Source of the DNA: Oceanispirochaeta sp. | GTDB taxonomy: Bacteria; Spirochaetota; Spirochaetia; DSM-2461 | NCBI GenBank assembly: GCA_963666275.2 | Contig: CAXXOA010000002.1 | Span: 832,001 to 896,000, forward strand | Length of the DNA stretch: 64,000 nucleotides | Direction of reading: 5' to 3' | Part shown: piece by piece, positions 30,967 to 40,311 of the stretch | Numbering within the stretch: position 1 is the first letter of the stretch | Layout of the letters: the number at the start of each line of letters is the position of its first letter | Translations under genes and position numbers: made by a program | Notes under the pieces: generated by a model | The model's input: only the letters and a program-made list of their open reading frames with translations | Database searches by the model: none | What the model was told of the DNA's origin: nothing

Positions 30967-32127
30967 CTAAATATGGATGGATATCAGTGAGACATCGTCA
31001 TGAAAGTGTTCGATATCCCGGACCATCTTGGACTTCTTTATGACGCTTTCATTGAAATCCTGATCCCTTCCGGCTTCAACAAGAAACCTCTGAACCACTT
31101 CCTCCCTGATCTTGGTATGAAGGATTTCCGATTCCAGCAGACCGTCTGTATAAACAACGATAATATCGTCTTCATGGAGCGGGATTTCAAGCTCCGCATA
31201 GGCCATATCCGGAAGATATCCCAGGGCGGGACCATCCACAACGTGGGATGTGCAGTTTTCCTTATTGATAATATACAAAGGCATATGTCCCGCATTCGCC
31301 AGGGTCAGGGTCCTCTTCTCTGTATCAATCAGCAGGCTGGAGAAGGTAACAAGCATCTCCCCTGAGTTTTTAAGAAGCGAGCAGAGCTGTTTGTTCAGGA
31401 GTTTCAGAAGCCGGCCCGGAGTGTAGAGTTCGCTTCTGTTTTTTTTGCTGATGGAACTTGTCAGGACCTTCAGCATGGCTGTCACAAAGGCCGGTTTGAC
31501 TCCGTGTCCAACCACATCTCCGATATTGACTAGAAATCTGGCTTCATCGAGTTTGATAATGTCGTAATAGTCTCCGCCGATTTTCATCTTTTCGTAGGGG
31601 ATATAGGAGAGTTCCACTTTGGCATTCTGTATTTCCGGTATGGTCGTATCAAGGAGCTTTTTCTGAAAATCTCCGGCGGTTTCCAGCTGGTAGTCTATCA
31701 TTTTCCGGAAAGAGTCATCATCGGTCTTCATCTGGTGGAACGACCGGGCATCCGCTATTTCAAGAAGGAGTTTATCAGGATCCCAGGGTTTGAGGATGAG
31801 TGACCGGATCCTGGCAGTGATGGCTTTCTGAATATCATCGATATCGTTGTAGGCTGTCAGCATGATCAGCTCAATATCGGGGTACTCCTTGTTCAGAGAC
31901 AGGAAAAAATCACTTCCTTTCATACCGGGCATTCTGAGGTCGGAGATTATGACGGATGTTTTGTCTGCAATCTGGGGAAGCTCCTGAAGGCACTCCAGGG
32001 GGGAGGGGTAAACCTTGAGGCCGATGCTGTTCTCTTCGGCATAATCTGATAATTCTCTTGTTAGAGCCTTGATGACCTGATATTCATCATCTATTAAACA
32101 AATGTATTCTTTAATGTTTTCTTTCAT
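30967..32127 (-). CDS. Response regulator fused to a SpoIIE/PP2C phosphatase (RsbU-like)
   Basis: REC: IDDE, SDLRMP, KPW. PP2C: GGDYYD, GDVVGHG, NAGH, YTDGL, DDVS. Confidence 0.92.
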   Translation of the reverse strand: MKENIKEYICLIDDEYQVIKALTRELSDYAEENSIGLKVYPSPLECLQELPQIADKTSVIISDLRMPGMKGSDFFLSLNKEYPDIELIMLTAYNDIDDIQKAITARIRSLILKPWDPDKLLLEIADARSFHQMKTDDDSFRKMIDYQLETAGDFQKKLLDTTIPEIQNAKVELSYIPYEKMKIGGDYYDIIKLDEARFLVNIGDVVGHGVKPAFVTAMLKVLTSSISKKNRSELYTPGRLLKLLNKQLCSLLKNSGEMLVTFSSLLIDTEKRTLTLANAGHMPLYIINKENCTSHVVDGPALGYLPDMAYAELEIPLHEDDIIVVYTDGLLESEILHTKIREEVVQRFLVEAGRDQDFNESVIKKSKMVRDIEHFHDDVSLISIHI

Positions 32128-32176
32128 AATAGTAAAATAATATTACATTCACTATTCGGAGTCAAATTGTAAACGC

Positions 32177-34015
32177 ATGGAATATATTATTTATCTGATT
32201 CTTTCTCCTATTGCCTTCACTGTCATGTTCATCACAATGACGGTGACCTGGAAATACAGGCATGAAAAGACCGGCCGGTCTCTGCTGATCTATTTTGCAT
32301 TTGTTCTTCTTTTTCTGACTACTAATGTTTTCGAACTTATGGCTCTGAGTGAACGCTGGATGCTTACCTGGACAAAATTTCAGATCTCCTTCTACTCGCT
32401 CATTCCTGTAGCCTGGGTCATGTTTGCTCTGAGGCTCACAAGATCAGAAAGCGATTTCGTCAGAAAGCTGAAATATCTTCTTCTGATTATTCCTTTCTTT
32501 ACAATTCTTCTTGTCTCCGCCTATCCCCGTCTCTCTTTTTTCTACACGGGACACTCTGTCAGCCTCATAGGGCAATATTCCACACTGGATACCAGGTACG
32601 GGCCTTTTTTCTGGGTTTTCGGAGCCCATGCCTATCTCCTGCTGATCGTAGGAGCCATGATCATTCTGAAATACATATACTCCGACAGCCTTTATGTCCG
32701 GAGACAGGTTTTCTTTGTCTCTCTGGGAACAGCCCTTCCTCTGATGGCAAATATCCTCTATATCCTGCCACTGCCTTTTTTTACCCATAAGGATTATACT
32801 CCCCTGGCCTTTTCTCTGGCGGGGCTCCTCTTTTTTATAAGCATCTACTGGCACCGCTTTCTGGAGGTCATCCCCTATGCCAGGAATATCATCATCGACG
32901 AAATGGATCAGGCTCTGCTCATACTGGATCACGAAGGATCTGTGATAGATGCCAATCGGTCGTTTCTGGATCTTTTTGCTCTGGATAAGGGCATCATAGG
33001 TAAGAATGTGAATACCCTGGAACCTGTCTGGCCCTATATTGATAGGGAATACCTCTCTCAGAAAGATCTTTTTGAAGTGGTCCTGGCTATGGGGGAGAAG
33101 AGGATTACCTGCAGCGTAAGGATTAAACCGATTCTGATGGAAGGGAACAGGGAGTACGGCAGGCTCATTACTTTTTCGGATATTTCTCTTCTGGTTGGAC
33201 TCTATAATGAGAAGCTCGATCTTCTGAAAAAAATGGAAGAGACCTATCAGAAACTGAACAGTACCAAATTGCAGCTCATACACAAGGATAAACTGGCCGC
33301 CATTGGTCATATTTCTGCCGGAATGGCCCATGAAATAAAGAATCCCCTGAGCTTCCTCACAAGTAATCATCGATATCTGTATAAACAGCTCGAAAAAATG
33401 AAGAGTGATCCCGGTCTGGACGTTTATGCGGATATTCTGACAGAGATATGGGAAGTCCTGGATGATTCGGGAGAAGGAATGCAGCGAATTCTGGACGTTG
33501 TGAATAATCTTCTGGATTTCTCCCGTAAAGAGGGGGAAGATACGATGGATCATGAATTTGACCTCAATTCCGGGGTGGAAAGGACTTTGAAAATACTGAA
33601 GGGAACCATAAATCCCTCCCTGTCTGTAGAGAAAGATCTTGGAAGTTTACCCGGTATAGAATGTTTTAGCAGCGAGATCAATCAGGTTATGCTGAATCTG
33701 CTGACCAATGCTGTTCAGGCTGCCGAAGAGGAGCTGACCCCGGACTCCTCTGTGAAGGTGAAAACCTGGGCTGCAGATCAGAAGGTAGCCTTTTCTATTA
33801 CCAACACGGGAGCTCCCATAAAGGAAGAGAGCCTTAAAAAGGTTTTTGATCCATTTTTTACGACAAAAATCGCGGGGAAGGGCACCGGACTGGGGCTCAG
33901 TATAGCCTCGGATATTGTGGTTAAAAGGCATAACGGCACTATAGATATTGACCGCAGAGGCGAGTATACTGTTTTTACTGTTTCTCTTCCTGTCTTTCAG
34001 GGTGCCTGCAGATGA
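32177..34015 (+). CDS. HisKA_7TM-PAS sensor histidine kinase
   Basis: 7TM N-terminus, PAS, AGMAHEIKNPL (H-box), NLLTNA (N-box) and FDPFFTTK..GKGTGLGL. Confidence 0.92.
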   Translation: MEYIIYLILSPIAFTVMFITMTVTWKYRHEKTGRSLLIYFAFVLLFLTTNVFELMALSERWMLTWTKFQISFYSLIPVAWVMFALRLTRSESDFVRKLKYLLLIIPFFTILLVSAYPRLSFFYTGHSVSLIGQYSTLDTRYGPFFWVFGAHAYLLLIVGAMIILKYIYSDSLYVRRQVFFVSLGTALPLMANILYILPLPFFTHKDYTPLAFSLAGLLFFISIYWHRFLEVIPYARNIIIDEMDQALLILDHEGSVIDANRSFLDLFALDKGIIGKNVNTLEPVWPYIDREYLSQKDLFEVVLAMGEKRITCSVRIKPILMEGNREYGRLITFSDISLLVGLYNEKLDLLKKMEETYQKLNSTKLQLIHKDKLAAIGHISAGMAHEIKNPLSFLTSNHRYLYKQLEKMKSDPGLDVYADILTEIWEVLDDSGEGMQRILDVVNNLLDFSRKEGEDTMDHEFDLNSGVERTLKILKGTINPSLSVEKDLGSLPGIECFSSEINQVMLNLLTNAVQAAEEELTPDSSVKVKTWAADQKVAFSITNTGAPIKEESLKKVFDPFFTTKIAGKGTGLGLSIASDIVVKRHNGTIDIDRRGEYTVFTVSLPVFQGACR

Positions 34016-34116
34016 TTTACGGGGATTTGCTCTGTGATATATACTAAATACTGGTTTTCTCTTATGGGTTTTCGTTTTAAAATGCTATTAGATCAACCAT
34101 TAAGGACATTGTAAAC

Positions 34117-35820
34117 ATGGATTATTTCCTTTATATGATCCTTTCACCGATCGCTTTTGCCGTCGTCTTTATAACTATAACGGTAACCTGGAAATTCAGG
34201 CATGAAAGGATAGGCCAGGCGCTGCTGGTCTATTTTCTGCTGGTTATCCTGTTTCTGGTGACAAATGTCTTTGAGCTTCTGGCCGAATCCGAATCCTGGA
34301 TGCTGATCTGGACAAAGCTTCAGATCTCTTTCAACTCCCTTATTCCTGTGGCCTGGGTTGTGTTTGCTCTGAGCCTGACCCGTTCAGAAAGCCCGTTTAT
34401 AAAGAAGCTGATTTTCCTGCTGCTGATTATTCCTTTTTTTACAATCATCCTGGTTTCCTCCTATCCTCTGAACCATTTTTTCTACACAGGCCACTCAGTT
34501 GTAGAAGTGGATATCTATTCGACTCTGGATACGGATTATGCACCCTTTTTCTGGGTATTCGGCACCCATGAATACACCCTGCTCATTGCAGGAGCCATTC
34601 TCATTCTGAAGAATATACGTTCGGAGAATATTATATTCAGGAGACAGTCCCTATTTATTACTCTGGGGACGGCAGCTCCTCTTGCTGCCAATCTTATCTA
34701 TATTCTTCCCCTTCCTTTTCTGTCTCATAAAGATTTCACACCCCTTGCCTTTGCTCTGTCGGGTCTTTTTTTCTTCATCTGCATTTACTGGGAGAGATTC
34801 CTTGAAATCATTCCCTTCAGCCGAAATCTGATTGTTGATGAGATGGATCAGGGGCTGCTGATTGTGGATCCCAACGGGGTTGTGGTCGATGCCAACAGAT
34901 CGTTTCTCTCTCTTTTTTCTCTGGAGGCACCGGACATCCTCGGTAAAAGTCTGAGCACTGTCTCTCCAGTCTGGGATATAATCATGGAACCCTATCTGCT
35001 GAAGAAGCCGGTTTCTGAAGTCATAGTGTCCAGGGGAGAGAATAGAATTACCTGCAGTGTCATGATCAAACCGGTGATGCTCCGTAAAAATACCGAATAT
35101 GGAGTCCTTCTCATGTTTACAGATATCTCTCTCCTGGTGGGGCTTTACGATGAAAAACTGGATATGCTCAGAAAGATCGAGGATTCCAACAAAAGACTGG
35201 AAGGCGCGAAACTTCAGCTTATCGAAAAAGAGAATCAGGTAGCCCTGGGGAATCTGGCATCGGGAATCATTGCTGAACTGAGAGATCAGGTTTTAAAAGG
35301 AGAGGAGCTGAAGGGAGAAGCCCGTTCCAGAACACTGGAGGTCTTCAGCAATTTCCTTTACCTGGCTGATCATGATAAAGAGGATCCGGAAGGTTATGAT
35401 ATGAATGGGGCCTTAAAAAAGATTCTGGATCTGCTGATCCTCTGGCTTAAACCGTCTTTTCCCGTAGACACATCCCTGGGGGATCTGCCGTCTATAGGAT
35501 TCTGTGGAAACAAAGTGAATCAGATCCTTCTGGCTCTTCTTGTGTATGCCCTAAAGGCGGCAGAAAGGCTGGAGAAATCAGAAAAAAAAGTTCTTATACA
35601 AACCTGGAGAGATGATTCCTCTGTATTCTGTTCTATTTCCCATACAGGGCAGTTTCTTGATCTCTCCCGTCCCGGAGAGGCATGGCAGCAGAACGATGTT
35701 TCCGATCTGATCAGTACTCTGGAAATAATAAAAAAACACTACAATGGAACCTTTGATCTGGGATACCAGGACAGGATGGCCGTGTTCACCCTGTCTCTGC
35801 CTGTCAGAACAAAGGAGTGA
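34117..35820 (+). CDS. Paralogous HisKA_7TM-PAS pseudokinase
   Basis: Collinear with the upstream kinase, but the H-box reads SGIIAELRDQ, the N-box reads ALLVYA, and the F/G2 boxes are absent. ORF is intact. Confidence 0.85.
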   Translation: MDYFLYMILSPIAFAVVFITITVTWKFRHERIGQALLVYFLLVILFLVTNVFELLAESESWMLIWTKLQISFNSLIPVAWVVFALSLTRSESPFIKKLIFLLLIIPFFTIILVSSYPLNHFFYTGHSVVEVDIYSTLDTDYAPFFWVFGTHEYTLLIAGAILILKNIRSENIIFRRQSLFITLGTAAPLAANLIYILPLPFLSHKDFTPLAFALSGLFFFICIYWERFLEIIPFSRNLIVDEMDQGLLIVDPNGVVVDANRSFLSLFSLEAPDILGKSLSTVSPVWDIIMEPYLLKKPVSEVIVSRGENRITCSVMIKPVMLRKNTEYGVLLMFTDISLLVGLYDEKLDMLRKIEDSNKRLEGAKLQLIEKENQVALGNLASGIIAELRDQVLKGEELKGEARSRTLEVFSNFLYLADHDKEDPEGYDMNGALKKILDLLILWLKPSFPVDTSLGDLPSIGFCGNKVNQILLALLVYALKAAERLEKSEKKVLIQTWRDDSSVFCSISHTGQFLDLSRPGEAWQQNDVSDLISTLEIIKKHYNGTFDLGYQDRMAVFTLSLPVRTKE

Positions 35821-35835
35821 AGAGAGCCTTCGTTT

Positions 35836-37110
35836 TCATTCGCAAATGACAGGAAACCTTAAGATCACCCTGGTCCCCGAGGGAGAAAGATTTGTCACTT
35901 CCATCTTCCCTTTGTGAGCCTCTGTTATGGTTTTAACTATACTGAATCCCAGACCGAATCCCCCCTCTATTCTTGTTCCGCTTCTTGAGCTGTCTGCCAG
36001 CAGAAAAGGTTCTCCCAAACGGTGGATCAGATCGTCCGGAATGCCGGGGCCATTGTCTGAAACCTCTATCAGGAATTCCTTTTGCTGCCGGGATAATGTG
36101 ATATCAATGTCAGAACCCGGAGCATGCCTGAGAGCATTTTCTACAATACTTCTCATAGCCAGTTCCAGTCTCTCTTTGTCCATGAAGGCTGGGAAGGGGG
36201 AATCGCAGGTGGATCTGAATGTTACAGGAAGCTGTCTGGTATTATAGGATTTACAGAAATTTTCCAGCCATTCTGTTGGATTAAACTCTTTTTTTATAAG
36301 AAGTCCCGGCTGAGTCCGGAGGCGGCTCTGCTCCAGAAGTTTCTCTGTCAGGCTGTTAAGGCTGTCTATTTCCTCAATAAGTGACTGTTTCAGCTCCTGA
36401 TTCTCCATGAATTCAAGGGCTACTTTCATTCTGGTTAACGGGCTTCTGTATTCATGGCTGACCGCTCTGATCAGAGCGTGGATGGAATCTATATACTGTT
36501 CTATCCTGTCGGCCATCCTGTCCATTTCGCGGCCCAGTATGGCCAGCTCGTCATCTCCCCGGGGAGTCACTCTGTGTTTCCAGTGATCCACGCCGAACTC
36601 CAGGGCTGTCTCTGTCATTTTTCTAAGAGGTTTCAGCAGCTGCCTTACTGAGATATAGCTGAAGCCTATGCTGAAAATAAGGAAAATCCCCAGTATAAAG
36701 GTGTTGAAGAGTGTAATCCGGATATCTGAATGATAGTCTCTGTACTGATAGGAAAATTTTCCTCTTTCAATGTGTACGGAGTAATCAACCAGGTCATGTA
36801 AATAAAGAAAAAGTCCGCTGAACTCCTCTTCTTCATCATGGGTACTCCAATGGACTCCCGGCCCGGTTATCGTTATTTCCAATCCGGAGTCATAGTATAT
36901 TTTTTCTGCCTTTTCCAGATCGGGCGGGGTGCCAATCGAGTCGGTTAGCAGTTCGGAAAAGAGGGCCAGATTCAGGGACGAGATACTGTAGTTCCTTGTG
37001 GATGAAGAGGACTGCCTGAACAGAATCAGTCCTGAAATGAGAAGGCAGAGGGTGGTAAGGTAGATTATGATGAGACGGGAGAAAACTGATTTCCGGATTC
37101 TCTTTTTCAT
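35836..37110 (-). CDS. HAMP sensor histidine kinase (OmpR/CpxA type)
   Basis: Two TMs, HAMP, SHEYRSPLTRM, ENALRH, DNGPGI and GFGLG. Confidence 0.92.
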   Translation of the reverse strand: MKKRIRKSVFSRLIIIYLTTLCLLISGLILFRQSSSSTRNYSISSLNLALFSELLTDSIGTPPDLEKAEKIYYDSGLEITITGPGVHWSTHDEEEEFSGLFLYLHDLVDYSVHIERGKFSYQYRDYHSDIRITLFNTFILGIFLIFSIGFSYISVRQLLKPLRKMTETALEFGVDHWKHRVTPRGDDELAILGREMDRMADRIEQYIDSIHALIRAVSHEYRSPLTRMKVALEFMENQELKQSLIEEIDSLNSLTEKLLEQSRLRTQPGLLIKKEFNPTEWLENFCKSYNTRQLPVTFRSTCDSPFPAFMDKERLELAMRSIVENALRHAPGSDIDITLSRQQKEFLIEVSDNGPGIPDDLIHRLGEPFLLADSSRSGTRIEGGFGLGFSIVKTITEAHKGKMEVTNLSPSGTRVILRFPVICE

Positions 37111-37811
37111 TGAACTGTTCCGGTGAAAACATAACCAAAGCCGTGGATCGACTGAATATAACGGGGGGCTCTGGCATTCTCTCCGAGTTTTGCCCGGAGA
37201 CGGCTGATTACAATATCAATAGACCTGCTATAGCTGGAGGCATCTCCTCCCTGAATAACCTGTGCAATTTCATCCCGGCTTAATTTCTTGCCGGGATTCT
37301 TCAGGAAAAGCAGGAGTAATTCATACTCCATGGATGTCAGATCCAGGGGCGTCTCCCTGAGGATGACTCTGCGTTCGGTCGGGTAAATGATCAGGTCCCC
37401 TGATTTCAGCGGCCCTTCCTGGTTTTCCCTGTTCTCTCCGTCCGGGGGAGTATAGGACCTCCGTAGGATCGAGTTGATTCTGCTGACTAGTTCCCTCGGG
37501 TCAAAGGGTTTGCTCATATAGTCGTCTGCCCCCAGTTCCAGTCCCAGAATTTTATCGGTTGAGTCTCCTCTGGCCGAAAGCATCAGTATGGGGAGGTCAC
37601 TTGTCTGCCGTATTTGCCTGCAGACTTCGAAACCATCCATACCGGGCATCTGAATATCAAGGATCACAATATCGGGCCGGATTTGAGCCAGGTTTTCCAG
37701 GGCTTGCCGGGGATCTGTTTCCGTCTCAGCGGAAATCCTGTATCGGGGGAGGTATTCGGAGAGCAGTTTCAGAAGCTTTGTATCATCATCAATTATGAGT
37801 ACCCGGGGCAA
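37107..37811 (-). CDS. OmpR-family response regulator
   Basis: IIDDD, LDIQMP, GADDYMSKPF and a wHTH (RSIDIVISRLRAKL...GFGY). TTG start; 4-nt overlap with the kinase. Confidence 0.95.
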   Translation of the reverse strand: MPRVLIIDDDTKLLKLLSEYLPRYRISAETETDPRQALENLAQIRPDIVILDIQMPGMDGFEVCRQIRQTSDLPILMLSARGDSTDKILGLELGADDYMSKPFDPRELVSRINSILRRSYTPPDGENRENQEGPLKSGDLIIYPTERRVILRETPLDLTSMEYELLLLFLKNPGKKLSRDEIAQVIQGGDASSYSRSIDIVISRLRAKLGENARAPRYIQSIHGFGYVFTGTVQ

Positions 37812-37864
37812 TTTTCCCTCCTCATGCAGAGAATAGAAACAGGTTAATCAGGGGAATCCTTCTA

Positions 37865-37904
37865 TTGTTACAATTTAATACAATTTTTTACAGTATTGTA
37901 AAGT
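37865..37904. promoter_or_regulatory. Tandem 10-bp direct repeats (candidate OmpR/CpxR-type binding sites)
   Basis: TTGTTACAAT TTAATACAAT TTTTTACAGT ATTGTAAAGT. Confidence 0.6.
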
Positions 37905-37936
37905 TATCTCCAATTTCATTGATTACACTTTTAAAC

Positions 37937-38452
37937 ATGAAAAAGAATCTATGTATTTCCATCATTCTGCTTACCCTCCTTCCCGTTTTCGGATTTTCTC
38001 AGGTCCCGGAGACGGGAGTGATGCCGGTAACAGAAACTCTTGAGGTTTCAGAACTGTTTGTCCAGCCCGAAGGTTTCGGCTGGGGGAACGACGGAGACAA
38101 TCTGGCTCTGTACTCGACCCTCGGTACTATTCACAAGGTTCTGGGGTATTCCGCTGTTCTGGCGGGTATTTCAGCAGGGGTATTCAATCCGGCTGTTGTG
38201 AGTAAGAGTATTCATACCACTCTGGGAGCCGGCGCTGCTGCATTGAGTGCTGCCACAATGGGCATGGGATTTGTTGTCTACAGCGGCGTATTTTCTCCCG
38301 ATGACGGGGTGGATTCCAATATGGTCCATGCCATCCTGGGGATTACCGGGGGAACAATGATGGTCATCACACCCCTTCTGGGAGGTACCGCCCATAAGGT
38401 TGTCGGTATCACAGGAACTGCGGTTATGGGTCTTTCTGTAGCTGCCAAGTGA
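37937..38452 (+). CDS. Membrane protein with four His-initiated Gly-rich helices (possible di-haem cytochrome b-like)
   Basis: Signal peptide, then HKVLG, HTTLG, HAILG and HKVVG. Confidence 0.55.
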   Translation: MKKNLCISIILLTLLPVFGFSQVPETGVMPVTETLEVSELFVQPEGFGWGNDGDNLALYSTLGTIHKVLGYSAVLAGISAGVFNPAVVSKSIHTTLGAGAAALSAATMGMGFVVYSGVFSPDDGVDSNMVHAILGITGGTMMVITPLLGGTAHKVVGITGTAVMGLSVAAK

Positions 38453-38488
38453 GTTTATTAAAAAATAAAGATATTTCAGGAGCAAAAT

Positions 38489-39004
38489 ATGAAAAGAATT
38501 ATTACTATTTTAGTCATTTTAACGGGTCTGCTCGTTCTGGCAGGAGCCGCCTCTTCCTCACGGAATGAAGTCGCTCTTCTCTATCATGGTATCAGCGGCG
38601 TAAACAAGGAAGCCATGAATCATCTGAGGCAGGAGGTTAAAAAGCAGGGCGCGAATTTTGATTTCAAACCTGTTAGTGTCACATCCTCGTTTAATCCGGA
38701 AGACTTCAAAGCCGTCGTTATTCTGAATACAGGGCAGGCTGATGGGATTGATCCTGCCATTTCAGATTTTCTTTCTGCTCATTCAGGCTTGTCCCGGATG
38801 ATCCTTGTGAATCTTATTAAAGGCAGTCAGGAGTATAAGGTCGATGTTCTTGCACCTTCTGATGCTACAGGTGGAGTGGATGCGGTGTCCGCATCATCCC
38901 TCTGGAAAGCACCCGGCCTGGGAGGATTCAAAAAGAAAGCTGAAATCCGGGCTATGCACGATGAATGGACCGGGATTGTCTTCGATATGCTTGAAAAGGA
39001 ATAG
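38489..39004 (+). CDS. Exported hypothetical protein, possibly flavodoxin-like alpha/beta fold
   Basis: AGGAG RBS; signal peptide; alternating beta-alpha pattern (FKAVVILNT, MILVNL, VDAVSASS). Confidence 0.6.
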   Translation: MKRIITILVILTGLLVLAGAASSSRNEVALLYHGISGVNKEAMNHLRQEVKKQGANFDFKPVSVTSSFNPEDFKAVVILNTGQADGIDPAISDFLSAHSGLSRMILVNLIKGSQEYKVDVLAPSDATGGVDAVSASSLWKAPGLGGFKKKAEIRAMHDEWTGIVFDMLEKE

Positions 39005-39018
39005 AGGGGAGGCGCTCA

Positions 39019-40311
39019 ATGGCTGGAATCTTTATTCTCTATCTGCTGATCCCTGTTTACCAGGTTATAGTCTATACGGGACTTCAGTTTGAGCTGCTTC
39101 CCATGGATGTGGTCAACTATGCGCTCTCCATATCGGCATTCTACTGGATGATGGGGAACCTTCTCATGGCTTCTAAACTGCCAGTCCTCGACCGTCTCAT
39201 TTCCTACGATCAAAGGATAAGGCTCCATATTTTTTCCTCTGCGGGGATTACTGTGGCTGTGGCTTATCATGGGCTGTATAAGATTCTGATGGGATATGCT
39301 CTGGCTCCGGTATCTATGCTCCTTCTGATGGGATTTACCGGCCTTGTCCTGACTTCCGTACATTGGATACCTCTGCCGGGCTTAAAGGCTTTCCGCAGTT
39401 TTGTCATCCGCAGGATCAGGCATAATGTGGAAAAGGATTATGACAGAACAAAAACTCTGCATTCCTTGCTTGTTCTGGCAATCGGCGGTCTTGTTTTTTT
39501 TCATGTGGCCGGAGCAGGCGTTTTTACCGAGACACCTCTGATCTCTTCTCTGCTCTATCTTCTTATTTATCTCTCTGCTATGGGAATCTTCCTGTACAGC
39601 AGGTATCTGAGAAAACCGGTAGCAGCCCGTATCCTCACTGTCGTCGCAAATGGAGATCTCCTTGTGATTGAAGGGGAAACAGAAAAGGATATCCCCTACC
39701 TGCCCGGGCAATTCGCCTTTCTGGGGATGAAAAATGAAAAGGGGAAATGGATTGAACACCCTTTTTCCTTCCTATCCAGTAATACCAGGGATTCCTCGGA
39801 GAAAAAGCAGAAACAGATAGTCAGTTTTGCTGTAAAGATGGTGGGAGATTTTACAAAGAATCTTTCTCTTTTGAAATCCGGTGATCAGGTCCGAATCAGA
39901 GGAGCTTTCGGCGGGTTCCGGCCGGAGCTGGGGGAAAAGGCCTGCCTTATTGGCTCGGGAATCGGGATTGTTCCGATTCTGAGCATTCTCAGAGGGCTGA
40001 AAAAGGAAGATTCCGATAAGACGGAACTTCAGGTTTTTCTGGCCGTGAACCGGCAGGAGGAGATTCCGGAAAAAGACGAGATTCTGAAAATTTCAAAGGA
40101 TATGCCGGGCGTTCAGATCAATTTGCTTGTCAATCAGGAAGACGGAATACTTTTTTCGGATGACTATTTTAAAGGGAAACTTCCTGATCCGAAAGATTTT
40201 CACTACTACATCTGTTCATCCCCGGGAGTCAGAAAAATCCTTCTTGGAATACTCAAAAGATTCGGTATCTCCGGTAAAGCTATTCATTATGAAGCTTTTT
40301 CTTTCGGCTGA
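39019..40311 (+). CDS. Ferric reductase/NOX-like membrane oxidoreductase (TM bis-haem plus FNR domain)
   Basis: Two H-x13-H helices; PGQFAFL; HPFS (FAD); GDFT; GSGIGIVP (NAD(P)H); CSSP...HYEAFSF. Confidence 0.85.
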   Translation: MAGIFILYLLIPVYQVIVYTGLQFELLPMDVVNYALSISAFYWMMGNLLMASKLPVLDRLISYDQRIRLHIFSSAGITVAVAYHGLYKILMGYALAPVSMLLLMGFTGLVLTSVHWIPLPGLKAFRSFVIRRIRHNVEKDYDRTKTLHSLLVLAIGGLVFFHVAGAGVFTETPLISSLLYLLIYLSAMGIFLYSRYLRKPVAARILTVVANGDLLVIEGETEKDIPYLPGQFAFLGMKNEKGKWIEHPFSFLSSNTRDSSEKKQKQIVSFAVKMVGDFTKNLSLLKSGDQVRIRGAFGGFRPELGEKACLIGSGIGIVPILSILRGLKKEDSDKTELQVFLAVNRQEEIPEKDEILKISKDMPGVQINLLVNQEDGILFSDDYFKGKLPDPKDFHYYICSSPGVRKILLGILKRFGISGKAIHYEAFSFG

